From assembly GCA_050273025.1 (NCBI GenBank), contig CP158635.1:21514001-21578000 (forward strand): a DNA stretch of 64,000 bases, in the 5' to 3' direction. The notes below the pieces were generated by a model. It saw nothing but the letters and a program-made list of their open reading frames with translations. It ran no database searches and was not told the DNA's origin. The stretch comes from Cenococcum geophilum (taxonomy: Eukaryota). Both the position numbers and the translations under genes were made by a program. Numbering within the stretch: position 1 is the stretch's first letter; each line of letters begins with the position of its first letter. Of this stretch, positions 14,033 to 26,500 are shown in pieces.

Positions 14033-17000
14033 AGTCGCTCTCTAGGATAGCTCTGCTATAGGATCTCATTAAATGCATTTAATATTACAAACTCCGACTC
14101 TTAGGACCGTAGTATAACTATTAACTACCGTCTTTAGCAGAATAGTTAATAGGCTAACGCTTAAATCCTAATTAATATAGGAGCTAGCGGTATAGGATTT
14201 ATTAATAAAATCTTTATATAAGATAATGGTTTTACCCTAATCCCCCTTAACCGGCATATTAACGTATTTAGATTTAATGGCAAACGCACTATCTTAGGCT
14301 GTATTACCTACATAGTATTTCTAAGACTCCAATACCTAAACCATGAAGAATTAATTAAACTTTTTGTTACCACCTTAGGTCACTCGGTGATCCTTAGATA
14401 ACCCTAGATAAAGCTATATAAGGTAACTATTGATTAGGACAACCTTAAGCTTCTATTTACCGCCTCCCATTGTAAGCAGAAGTGCCTTATAACTCGCTAC
14501 TTAGACCCAGAACTAAAATCTAAAAAATCTACCAAAATCTACCAGTCTAAAATTTCCACGACTATCCACCCTACGCCTAAAGAATCTACCAGATTCCACT
14601 AACCCAAAAATTCCACCAAATTCTACCAACGTAAGATTTCCACTGATATTTATTAAGGATCTAAAAATTCCACTAAACCCTATAAATAGACCCTGAGTAC
14701 TGCACCGCCCTAAGCCAAGCAGAAGCTTAAGCTTAATATATAAAAATACTAAAAGGACTAGTATTCTACTATGAAAAGGATTCTTAAAGAACCCGAACCT
14801 AAATCTAACACTAACTTTATACCTAATACCAAACCTAAACCCGAGTAAGAAACTACAAGCAATTTAAGTAAGCTTAGCACCCTAGATATTCGCATGATTA
14901 GAGCTACCCTATTAGCGCAACTTGCTAAGAAACCCAAGTATATGATTTTTGCTATTACGATAGCCGATATTAAGAAGGCCTTAGCACTAAAGAAGCACAC
15001 TAACCCTGCCACAAAGGTACTAATAGAGTATTATTACCGCCTAGGTGCGTTCTTATAAAAGGAAGCCGATAAGCTACTAGAATACCAACTATACAACTAT
15101 AAGATTATACTCGAAGAAGGAAAGCAGCCTAGATTTGGACCCTTATATAGGATATCCTAAAATGAACTCCAAGTACTATAAAAGTATTTAGACAAGAACC
15201 TAAGTAAAGGATTTATTAGAGCAAGCTCGTCGCCTATAGCCGTACTAGTAATCTTCGTTAAGAAACCTAGCGGCGGTCTGCGCTTCTATATAGACTACTA
15301 AGCTCTTAATGTCGTTACTGTTAAGAACTAATATCTAATCCCATTAATATAAGAGACGCTAAACCAACTAAGTAAGGCTCGTTACTACACGAAGCTTAAT
15401 ATTATCTCTATATTTAACCGTCTCCGCATTATAAAAGGGGACGAATAGCTTACTGCATTTTGTACCTAATATGGATTATTTAAATACTTAGTAACACCCT
15501 TTGGCCTTATAAACGCTCCGAGCTCGTTTTAACATTATATAAACGACACCCTACGCCCCTACCTAGACATCTTCTATACTACTTATATTGACGATATCCT
15601 GATATATAGTAATAATCTAACCGAATATCAGAAATACGTTAATCTTGTTTTATAAGCCCTATACAGAGCTGGTCTATAATTAGATATAGATAAATATAAG
15701 TTCCATAAAACGGAAGTCCTATACCTTAGACTTCTTATTTCTATAAACGGTATACAAATAGACCTGAAGAAAGTCGAAGTAATTATAAACTGGTAAAAAC
15801 CTAAGAACATTAAGGACGTAAGAGCCTTTATAGGATTTGCTAATTTCTACTAACGGTTTATTAATAACTTCTCCGCCTTAGTTTTACCCCTTATAGCCTT
15901 AACCTAAAAGGATAAAGTCTTTATCTTTAATAAGGAATGTAAGAAGGCCTTTGCCTATCTAAAGGTTATATTTACTACTGCGCCTGTGCTCTAATACTTT
16001 AACCCGAACTAAATAAGTATTATAGAAGCTAACTCATCTAACTACGTTACTAAAGGCATCCTATCTTAATATAACAAGGATAGAGTATTATACCCTATAG
16101 CATACTTCTTAAAACGACTAAGCTTAGCCGAATATAACTACGAGATCTACGATAAGGAATTGTTAGCTATTATTAGATATTTTAAATAATGGCGACCTAA
16201 ACTAGAAGGCGCTGGATTTCTAATTAAGGTCCTTAGCAACTATAAGAACCTGCAGTACTTCACAACTATAAAACAGCTAAGTTATCGTTAGGCCCGTTGG
16301 TTAGAATATCTGTCTTGTTTTTAATTCTTAATTATGTACCGCCTAGGCGTCTAAGGTTAGAAGCCTAATGCCCTAACCTGACGCTCGCAAGACGCGCCAG
16401 CCCTAAAAGAAGCGCGCTCTTACTAAAATCAGACCCTGCTTCGCCCTAAACTATTTAACCCTCCCACTAAAGATCTTACGGTACTCGTCCTTAAAATGAC
16501 TGATTAATTAATTAAATAGATTATAGTTAACAAATACCCAAATAATAAGTTTATTTAAGAGACGCTTAAGTTAATGTAAGATAGCATCAGACGCTCTAAA
16601 AAGATTTCTCTAAGTAAATGCAAAGCCTATAGAAACCGCTTATATTACCAAAACCGTTTAGTTATCCCTAATTACAATAAGCTTAAGCTTAAACTCCTTA
16701 AATACGTATACGATCTACCTATCGCCGGCTACCTAGGCTAAGGAAAGACCCTAGAACTACTCTAATGGGAGTATTATTGGCTAAATATATATAATATAAC
16801 ACGAAGGTATATCTCTAGCTACCATATCTGTTAATAAGCTAAAGCTTTATATAAGACGTACAACGGCCTTTTAAAGCCACTGCCTGTTCCGGACCAAAGA
16901 TAGAAGGATATCTTAATTAACTTTATTATTAATCTCCCTATAAGTAAAGGCTGTATAAATATTATGGTAGTTATAGACCAACTATCTAAAATAAAACACT

Positions 17001-18010
17001 TAATTGCGTGCCCTAATATGTTAACACCTGCTATCGCCTAACTATTCCTAGATTACGTATAAAAACTCCACGGACTCCCTAAAACGATTATCTCTAATAG
17101 AGGTAGCCAGTTTATCTCTATATTTTAGGAAAAACTAACTATCTAACTCCGTATTAAAGCACTATTGTCTATAGTATACTACCTAGAAACGGATAGTTAA
17201 ACGGAACGTGTAAATGCTATAATAGAATAGTATATCCGGATATATATATCGTACTTATAAGATGACTGGATTGACTGGCTTATATTCGCCGAGTTTACGG
17301 CAAATAATTCCGTCTTGGAAACCACAAAGGTCTCCCCATTCCTGGCTAACTACGGCTAGCATCTACAAATAGGCTTTAAACCCTTCAGTAACGTTCCTTA
17401 TCCCGCTTACTAAGCCTTATAAGTTATAGAAGCAAACAAATTCGTAGAAAAGATAGAGAAACTATAATAGTTCCTTACTAACAAAATAACATGGGCCTAA
17501 TTTGTCTATAAAGCCGCAGCGAATAAGAAACGAACCCCAGCACTAGCCTACTAAGTTAATGACTTTGTCTAGCTAGACATAAGAAATCTAAACACGAAAC
17601 AACCTGCTAAGAAACTTAATTAGAAGAACACTGGTCCTTATAAGGTTAAGAAGGTTATCTCCTCTTACTCCTACCGATTAAAGCTCCCTAATACAGTTAA
17701 AATCCACCCCGTATTCTATACGTTAGTCCTCTATCCTACTGCCCCCATATTAGACGCCCTGCCTAAATAGATATAGGACCCTCCCCTACTAGTCGAAGTG
17801 GATAGTAAGAACGAGTACTTTGTTAAAAGAATTAATGATATTAAGTACGACAAACGGAAACGCCAATATATATATCTTACGAAATGGAAAGGCTTTACTA
17901 AGTCCTTATAGGAACCCGTTGACTTTATAGGACTTATATAAGCCGCAGAAGACTTTCACAAACTCCACCCAGAACTACCATAGCCCCATCTCGCAGAAGC
18001 TCGAGTTTAA
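14033..18010 (+). pseudogene. pol of G0 (PR-RT-RNaseH-INT-chromodomain)
   Basis: LI(D)(T)GASG protease ~14170, KKP.GGLRF..DY ~15260, YIDDILIYS ~15585, [11 protein letters not shown] ~16140, ETD(G)(Q)TER ~17185, EYFV..I(D)D...YL.KWKGF chromodomain ~17810-17920. Confidence 0.92.
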
Positions 18011-18021
18011 AGGGGGGGTAC

Positions 18022-18401
18022 TGTTATAGGATACCCCCGTAACACCTTATACACGTTTACCTATTTCCACCAACTTAGCAATTAGAGACCAACTGTAAAA
18101 TAGCAATCTGACGGCAATCTAACGGCAATCTACGGCATTCTGCTATATTCTGCCAAGTTCCACCAAATTCTACTAAGTTCTACCGAATTCTGCTAAGTTC
18201 TGCTAGGACCACGACCTAAACCCTATTCTGCCCTATATATGTATTAACCAAGCAACCAAGTCAACAATATATGCCCTTTCTTCCCAATCTCCTACCTTCT
18301 CTCCTTACGCAACGTCTTGACCTTATTACACAGTTCATGTACATAGCTTAATAATATCTACTTCGTTATATATTATCACCACTTATGCTCACTCCGTGAC
18401 A
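18022..18401 (+). repeat. 3' LTR of G0
   Basis: Follows the PPT, ends GTGACA, then TSD GCTAT. Confidence 0.95.
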
Positions 18402-18793
18402 GCTATTAGGTAAAAAACGGTGGAAAGCTATAATGGAACTTAGTAGACTTACGTGACCTGCCAAATTCTGCTATATTCTGCCACAGTGGTTAAATCCACT
18501 AATTACGATTTTCCATGCCGGGCACGGAAAATCGCTATTGGCTCGCTTAGCACTAGCGTCTTAGCGGCCCTTAAGATCTGACTTATAGCTCGTCTACTGC
18601 CCGTTAAAAGGCCGTACGGTTTATTTTACGGACCGTAAGTAGGACTTACGGCTAGCTTGGGGCACTGTTTGGAAGGCAGCCCAGAAGGCACCTTAGGAGG
18701 AGTTTCCTATATATTTTCTTATGTGTTTTATAGTTCTATTAAGGCAATTACGGAGGCTGTATATAAGTGGTTTCATTTTCCAAGTACTGCTAG

Positions 18794-19011
18794 TATATAA
18801 TTATAGCACCTAGTATACGAACGCGTAAATACGCGTTCGTGCACTAACTACCTACATGCTAACTAATTAGGGGGGAGGCGCGTCAGTATATAGACCATAT
18901 AGTCTACCTTAATAGAATTGACAGTTACCATTATCCAAAAGAGCATATAATACTATATGTATTTCGTACCCCTGGATCTAACTCACTCGTGCTATTAAAT
19001 TAGTACGAACA
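18794..19011 (+). repeat. 3' LTR of GalEa-like copy 1
   Basis: Direct repeat of 6673-6890, ends GAACA, then TSD TATTC. Confidence 0.93.
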
Positions 19012-19248
19012 TATTCCTATATAACTTAACTACTCTTTATTTTATAGCTTAATTGGTTTTAGTGCCTTATATACTATTTTAACTAACCTATATATATCCT
19101 TTCTTAATAGTTATACTACTGCCGATATAAAGTTCGTAACACTATCCTTCTCCTCTTTATTTTTGTCCTTAAAGGTATCTCCTATCTCTAAGTTATTTAT
19201 TAGAGGTATAATATTCCCGTTTTAACTTAATAACCTTTATTATTTCTA

Positions 19249-19895
19249 ATACCTTTTATTAGATCCTTTATACCTAACCATTATAATTAGCTAGTAACTA
19301 TAATTCTTTTACTTAATAAGGTTATACCGTTCTATTTTTAATATGCGGAGAAAAAGTTAGTATATATTATAATCGCGGCTTTATCCGGTCGCTAACCTTT
19401 TTTATACACTAAGTGTACGTAAGTAAATATACAATTATCCTATAATGTTTAATCTGTCTTTAATACTAAGTATACGCGTTTTATTTTTTTTATTATAAAC
19501 GTCTAGTTCCTTATTTAATTTGTCTTAGGGTCCTATATATTAGAAGTAGTCAAAAAACTAAAGAGTAAACTATTACTAGCCCTTATTAAGGTCTAACGTT
19601 ACTTTAATAAAGTATCTTAGGCTCTAAAGGCTTAATTAACCTATCTTTTAAAGGTTTATAAGAAAGTACGCTTAAAGGAGTTATATTTTACTAAGTAAGG
19701 TTTAGCGGAACTTAAGGCTAAAAAGGCTAGAAAGGATTCTAATTAAGAAAAGGCGGAAATAGTTTATACGCCGGTAGTAGATCCTATAGATAATCTAGCT
19801 TATCTATCACCTTTAACTAATTTCTTTATCTTTAGCTCCTTCTTAATATTACCTAACTCGTTTTCTTCTAATACTCTTATACTTTTCCTATAGTA
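19249..19895 (+). pseudogene. Antisense accessory ORF of G1, Zn(II)2Cys6-like plus coiled coil (RIP-decayed; end approximate)
   Basis: Reverted reading VMPSCSRCAEKKLVC-x13-CxxC-x8-C; the fifth Cys (TGT) survives near 19413; homologous to 22955-23594 and 57838-58700. Confidence 0.6.
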
Positions 19896-20904
19896 TTCCT
19901 TAAGTTTTATAGTAGCTTTTAGGTAGTCTTATTATAGCCTACCTACTTAACTTTATACTAAGTTTTATTGTTAATGTCCTTATAACTAACAATCTTTAAA
20001 ATCTACTATTTATCTTCTTCTTATTCTTTATATATGTCTACTTTATAAACTAGTAGCTTTATATCTTTATATACTAGCTCTAGTATTGCGATATACTATA
20101 TAGGGTAAATTTTAATTTTTACTAGTAAGTTAAGTCTATATATAACTTTTAAAAATTTAACTACAATCCTAAATAGTTCTAGTTTACATAATCTAACCTT
20201 TTACTTAGTTATTAACTTGTAAATTTTTTATATAGTAGCTATACTTTACCCCCCTTTTTAAAATCTAGTCCCTGAAATCTCCTAATATTATAGTACTTTT
20301 TTATTCTCTTTTATACTAACTTTACTAATTTTATAAGGTCTTTATAAAGATTTATTAGTATATTAATTTTTTCCTTAACTATATTACTTATTTTCTTTAC
20401 TTATTATAGTAATAATAATATTCTAGGCTTATATCTATAATTCGCCCAAAATAGTAGTATCTTTATACCTTTCTATGATGTTGTATTATATATAAACTAT
20501 ATAACTAGCAGTAATAATACCTAATTAATGTAATATCTTAGGTACTACTCTAATATCTAATTTAGTTTCTCTATTTAATTATCTATCTATAGATAATACG
20601 CTATTAATATTACTGCGCAAATCCCTTATTCCGCTAAGAATACCTCCTAAAATACTGCTATAAATCTTAGATCTCTGTTTAATATAATCTTACTTAGTGC
20701 CTTATATCTTATAAACACTTCCTTAATATAGATTTTAGCTATATCTTCTACTAAGATTTCTTTTATATATGCTATAAAGATTCCTAATTCATTAACTGGT
20801 TTCTTATATCTTTATATTAAAAAGTTTAGGAGCTCTTGCTGCACCCGGCCCAAAAAGACCAAAACTAACTAAAAGAACCCTAAAAAATACCTAGAGAATC
20901 CCCC

Positions 20905-22421
20905 TAAGATACATACATTGCAGGGGAGGCATATATTAAGTGACGGTGGTTTATATTCGCGTGCGTCTACTAAAACTACGCCTAGCAATAGACCTCTATA
21001 ATAAAAACGGGCGAATACTATACTATAAAGTAGGAAGACCTCTATTAAAAAGGTATCTAATAAAATATAAAGCCTATTAGACGTGTCTAGTATCTATAGT
21101 TATAGGGAAGTAACTATTAGCTATAATAAACTAATATAGCTAGTAGAATGGCTCCGCTAGTTTAGTAAACCTTAGGCGCCCCTCTAGTAAACCCTTAATT
21201 AAATCCTCTAACGGCTAAGTAAAATTAAAAATAAATAAAATCCCTCCTTACCGGCGAACCGCACCTAGGCTATCATAGCTGCGCTTCTATAGTATAGGGT
21301 ACCTACCCCCCTAAAGATAATAACCGGGTATATAATTATAATATAACTAAATATAGAAAAAGTAAAGGGGCTTAGGGGATAATTAGAAATAGAAGTCCTT
21401 ATAAAGATTTATAAAGAGGTTTATAACGCTATTATAGTCCGATACCTTAGGAGCGAAGATATTAGAGTTACCCTAAGGGACTAATAGGTAAAGGAACAAG
21501 CCGTAAAAGTAGGGGATAGGCTAGGAAAATAAATTGGTATAAAAGTGCTCCGTAAAAACTACCTAGTTAAAGTCCTAGCGGTCCCCCTAAGCCTTAGGGT
21601 AGAAAAAGGACGCTAGGCGGATAATATAGCAACTATATATAAAATAGTAAAATAAATAGAACGCCTTATACTAGGACTTAAGATTACCTAAATCTAATAG
21701 CTTTAATAGGAAAATGTAAACTAAGTATATAATAAGAATAATAAAAGGATATAAGGGTTGCTAGAGACTTGCTAGGGAGACGCCGGTTAAATATATAGCT
21801 CCCTTATTATTAGTATATATACACTAAGGATGTAAAAACTCCTTATCTAAAAAGGTATTATTATAAATGGCCTTATATACGACGTAAGGCTCTATAACTA
21901 TAAACTCCGCCTAAAATAATGCTATTGCTATATATAATAGGGACACACCTAATCTATATACGCAATATAGGTGTGCTACGGCTACTATGCAGGCCCCTAT
22001 AATATAAGATACTACTTAAATTAAGACTAAATAAAATGCGTAAACTGCTACCAAAGTATATATAAGGCGTAGGAGAGAGAAGACTACATTAAATACAGAA
22101 GACGGAAGGTAAGGGCTTAATAGCTATAAGAATAACTGCACGCTAGGTTATATAAATGGAAATAATAGGTAATAAGCTAGGGGGGCGTAAGTGCCTTTCT
22201 AGCGTTTCCTACCTTTAATACCAGGGGGTTAGGCTAGCTATCCTAAGCCTTAACGGGCTAGAAGCGACACTATATAATATTACTAGACTATATAGGGATA
22301 TAAGGGTTATAGGGGATATAAGGGAGAGGACGCCCTATAGGAAGATCCTTATAAATAGCTATAGTAAGCTTAAGACTAGGATAATTAAAAATTAGACTTA
22401 ACGTAGTAAATATAGCATTTA
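20905..22421 (+). pseudogene. LINE ORF1 (gag-like), 5' part; continues at 30373-30512 and from 35951 (start approximate)
   Basis: Three Cys/His knuckles near 21920-22090 (QCY.C..WGH, CGY(C)AGP(H), KC.NC). Confidence 0.72.
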
Positions 22422-22846
22422 TATAACGGAACCTTGTAGCAAGAACTATAATAGGTCCTATTATTGGGCTAAGTGTGTAGGAAATACAAGTATAAAAGTC
22501 GATAAGTAATAACAACTAGTAGAGTAGTTGCCTAACAGATTAACTTTAATTATATTCTAAGAATTACTATAAAGAAGGAACTATCTAGGTAGGGACTAAG
22601 GGTCCTTAAATACATAACCATACTTCTATAAAATCCTTCTTATACGTAATATACGTCTTATATATAAGGTACATAAGTTCTTTTTATTTCTCTTGTTTAA
22701 CACGTAGCATATTATATAACCTTAGTTACCATTTCTCGTCATATAGTTCTATTAGCTCCATCCTAGACCATGCCTAAATTAACTAACTAGCTTCTTCCGT
22801 TTCTTCTCTAAGTAGTTATAATATTATACTTAAAGCGTCCGTAACA
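22422..22846 (-). repeat. 3' LTR of G2
   Basis: Direct repeat of 29943-30367, adjacent to the polypurine tract. Confidence 0.94.
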
Positions 22847-22954
22847 CCATCTCCCTCCTCTTTATCTTTGTCCTTAAAAATTTAAAACGTTTTTAAGTTA
22901 TTTATTAAAGGTATAATGTCCATCTAATTAATTTGGTTAATATTATTACTTATT

Positions 22955-23594
22955 ATACCTAAAGCAATTTCTTCTTTATACGCCCAACGTTGTGCTCGCA
23001 CTATTACTGTAATATTATCTCTTAGTGAGATTATACTATCCCTATGTTCTTGTTATTTAAAAGAGGGGTTAGTTTACGTTACATTAGCGAACCTATCTTT
23101 ATAACAACCGTCCTCTTATTTAAAGTATACTAAAGCAAATATTCGTTCGTCTTATAACATTCGCTCTACTTCTAATGCTAAATATACGCGGCCTATTACT
23201 CTTAATAGTCGTCTAGTTCCCTAATTAATTTATCTTAGGGTCTTATATTTAATCTACTGCTATACGGCTAGATAGTAAACTGCCTTAAGCCCTTACTAAG
23301 CTAGAACGTTCTTATAATACGGAATAAAAAGCCCTAGATACTTAAATTACGGCGTCTACTCGTTTACTTTATCTTAAGAAGGTTTACTCTAAGGAGTGGA
23401 AACTTATAGAATAAGGTTTATAGGAACTTAGTAATAAAAGAACGGATTCTCCCCTAATAGAGAAGGAAATAGATCTAAGTAGTTCAGTAACTACTCTTCT
23501 TAAGTCCCCCTTAAGTAACTTATTCTTTAGCGATTCTTCTTTATTAATATTACCTAACCTAATCTCTTCTAATACTCCTATACCTTTCTTATAG
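22955..23594 (+). pseudogene. Antisense accessory ORF of G2, Zn(II)2Cys6-like, predicted 55-nt intron at 23184-23238
   Basis: Reverted MPKAISS...EIMPSPCSRCSKEGLVC-x13-CSEC-x8-CDVRS..DAE/W then a helical region ending ELS. Intron (G)TACGC...CTAAT...TTAG restores the frame. Confidence 0.62.
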
Positions 23595-26500
23595 CGTTCT
23601 TTAAATTTTCTAATAGTTCCTAGGTAGTCTTATTATAGCCTATCTACTTAACCTCGTACTATATTTTATTATTAATATCCTTATAATTAACAATCTCTAA
23701 AACTTGCTATTTATCTTCTTCTTATCCTCTATATATGTCTGCTTTATAAACTAGTGGCTTAATATTCCCGTATACTAGATCTAGTATTACAATATACTAT
23801 ATAGGGTAGATCTTTATTTTAGCTAGTAGGTTTAACTTAAACGTAACCGGTAAAATTCTTTATATAATTTCAAAAGGTCCTAATCTAACGTGGTTTAACT
23901 TCTTACTTAGTTATTAACTCTTAAAATTTTTATATAGTAGCTACACTTTATCTCCCTCCTTAAAATCTAGTCCCTTAGATCTCTTAGCATTATAGTACCT
24001 TTTTATTCTCTTTTATACTTTCTTTACTAATTCTATAAGGTCTATATAAAGATTTATTAACGTCTTTATTCTTTCTTTGGCTATACTACTCGTTTTCTTT
24101 ACTTACTATAGTAATAATAATGTTCTTAGCTTATATCCGTAATTTGCCTTAAATGGTAATGTGCCTATTTCTTCTTAAGGTATTGTATTGTACGCAAACT
24201 ATATAACTAGTAATAGTAATACCTAATTATTCTATATATAATTAACATAATGCCTTAGATACTGTTCTAGCGTCTAATTTAATCTTTCTATTTAACCGTC
24301 TGTCTATAGATAATATACGGTGGAAGTTGCTACTTAAACTCCTTACTCTACTAAGAACACTTCCTAGAATACTACTATAAATCTTAGATCTCTATCCAAT
24401 ATAATTTTACTTAATGCTCTATATCTTACGAACACTTCTTTAATATAGATTCTAGCGACATCTTCCGCTAATATTTCTTCTATATATGCTATAAAGTATC
24501 CCTACTTTATAAGCTTATCTACTATTACTAAGATTGCGTTATAGTCTTATCCGGTAATAGAATATCTTAACTTTAGTAACTTAATAATAAAGTCCCATAA
24601 TATAACCTCCTATAGTTTCTCTAGTATTTTAATAGGTTGTAGCCCTCTATATAGCTTATACCTTAATAGTTTATTTCTTTAGTAATCTAGATACTCTTTT
24701 ATAACCTTCCTAGCTATCCTTTAGATTTTATTAATAATATACTCCTCCTAAAGTCTTAATACTAAGCCCGTGGCTCCATTATATCCTTAAGTCAATCCCC
24801 TATAGAATTTTTCTATAAATTGCTCCGCTATACTTCTTAGGATATACTTTACCTCTTAATTTTCGTATATATCCGTCTATGGATCTTCTAGCTATACTTC
24901 TAGAATTCTTTATGCCCAAAAGCTTTCTAGTATCTTGTAGACTTTCTCTAATTTATTATTCTCTTAAGTTACTATAATTTTTAGATAATTATACCTAATT
25001 AATCCATCTATATCTTTTCGCAGTAAAGCCCCTAATAGCTTCTCATCATTTTATAGTTTAGCCTTTTAACTTAGAGTATCTGCCTATGTGTTATCTATAC
25101 CCTTAGTATACTAAATCTTGAAATAGTATTCTATAAGCATCTCTGCCTATCTAACCTGTCTTTAGTTAAGTTCTTTCGTTATTAGGAATCCTATTAGGTT
25201 CTTATAATCCGTTTTAACTATAAATAGTTTCTTTATACCTTATAAAAATGCTCTCTATTTCTTTAGTACTATAACTATACCTAACAACTTCTTATTGTAA
25301 ATGTCATAGTTTAACTCTAGTAGTATTATCTTTCGACTATAATATACCACTAGGTGCTATCTATCTTAATGCCTTTATATAAAGTACGCCCCTAGTATAT
25401 AATCTAATACATCCGTCTTTATAACCGTCTCTAGTCCTAGTTAATAGATCTTAAGAACTGGCTCTTAGGTAAACAACTCTTTAACTTTCTTAAAAATTTC
25501 TCGCTATTCCTCTCCCTATACCTATAGTTCTTCTTTTTTCGTTAATTACGTAAATAGTTTAATGTTCTTTAACTATTACGCTATAAACCTTCTACAGTAA
25601 TTGCAAAACCCTAAAAACGATTTTAACTATATAACGTTCTTTAGTTCTTACTAATTTACTATAGCCTCGATCTTCTTTAGATCTATATTAAGTTAGCCTA
25701 GTTTAATAATAAATTTAATAAAATCGGTCTTCCTAGTAAAGAACTCGCATTTCTTAATTACTACTAGCATCTATTCTTTTTATAGTCTCTTTAAGACCTA
25801 TTTAATATATTCCCTATATTCTTCCTTAGTTATTAAGTAGATAATAATATCGTTAAGGTATACTATAACAAATTTATCTAAGTGTTCTCCTAACATATTA
25901 TTAATATACTTTTAGAATATTACTAGTATATTTATAAGCCCGAATTGTATAACCAATGGTTTATATAGTCCTTCCTTTAATCTAAAGGCTGCCTTCTATT
26001 TATCGCCTTCCTTAATCCTAATCTAATAGTACGCCTATCTCAGATCTATCTTTGTAAAGATTTACGCATTACCTATTCTATCTTAGATTTTGCTAATTAA
26101 GGGTAAAGGATACCTATTCTTCCTAGTAATGCTGTTTAACTGTCTATAGTCAATACACAGCCTTAGTTTACTATTTTTCTTTAGTACAAATAGTACTAGA
26201 TAACCCGCTAATAACTACGATGGTCTAATATATCCCTTTCGTAGGTTCTCCTAAATAAACTCTTTTAGTGCTCTACCTTCTTCTTTAATAAGCTTATAGA
26301 TTAGAAAGAACTTTAGACTTATTTCTGGTTCTAACTCTATTTTATAGTCCTATACTATATACTCTAATAGCTTTTCACTTTCCGGTGACTATAGTTTCTT
26401 ACTATACTTATAGTATCTCTTTAGTATATAACCTAAGCCTTACTCGGTTTCTTTATATATCGCTCTAACTTAGTACTATACCAACTTAGCTTATTATTAT

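Larger units (their letters stand above)
12416..18401 (+). mobile_element. Ty3/gypsy chromovirus G0, full length, RIP-inactivated
   Basis: 380-bp LTRs at 12416-12795 and 18022-18401 (TG...CA); TSD GCTAT at 12411-12415 and 18402-18406; purine run at 18008-18018 as PPT. Confidence 0.96.
6673..19011 (+). mobile_element. Copia (GalEa-like) LTR retrotransposon, copy 1, full length, interrupted by gypsy G0
   Basis: 218-bp LTRs at 6673-6890 and 18794-19011; TSD TATTC at 6668-6672 and 19012-19016; CTGATTAGT right after the 5' LTR; gag-PR-INT-RT-RH motifs. Confidence 0.93.

Noticed and set aside
14010..14050. Ribosomal frameshift signal at the G0 gag-pol junction
   Set aside because: A possible stem-loop (CCGGAGC...GCTCTCTAGG) is present, but no clear slippery heptamer could be read, so it is not reported as a feature.
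22850..23230. Apparently open minus-strand frame after pol as an env-like third ORF
   Set aside because: No recognisable motif or start; better explained as the shadow of the plus-strand Cys-cluster ORF, though not formally excluded.
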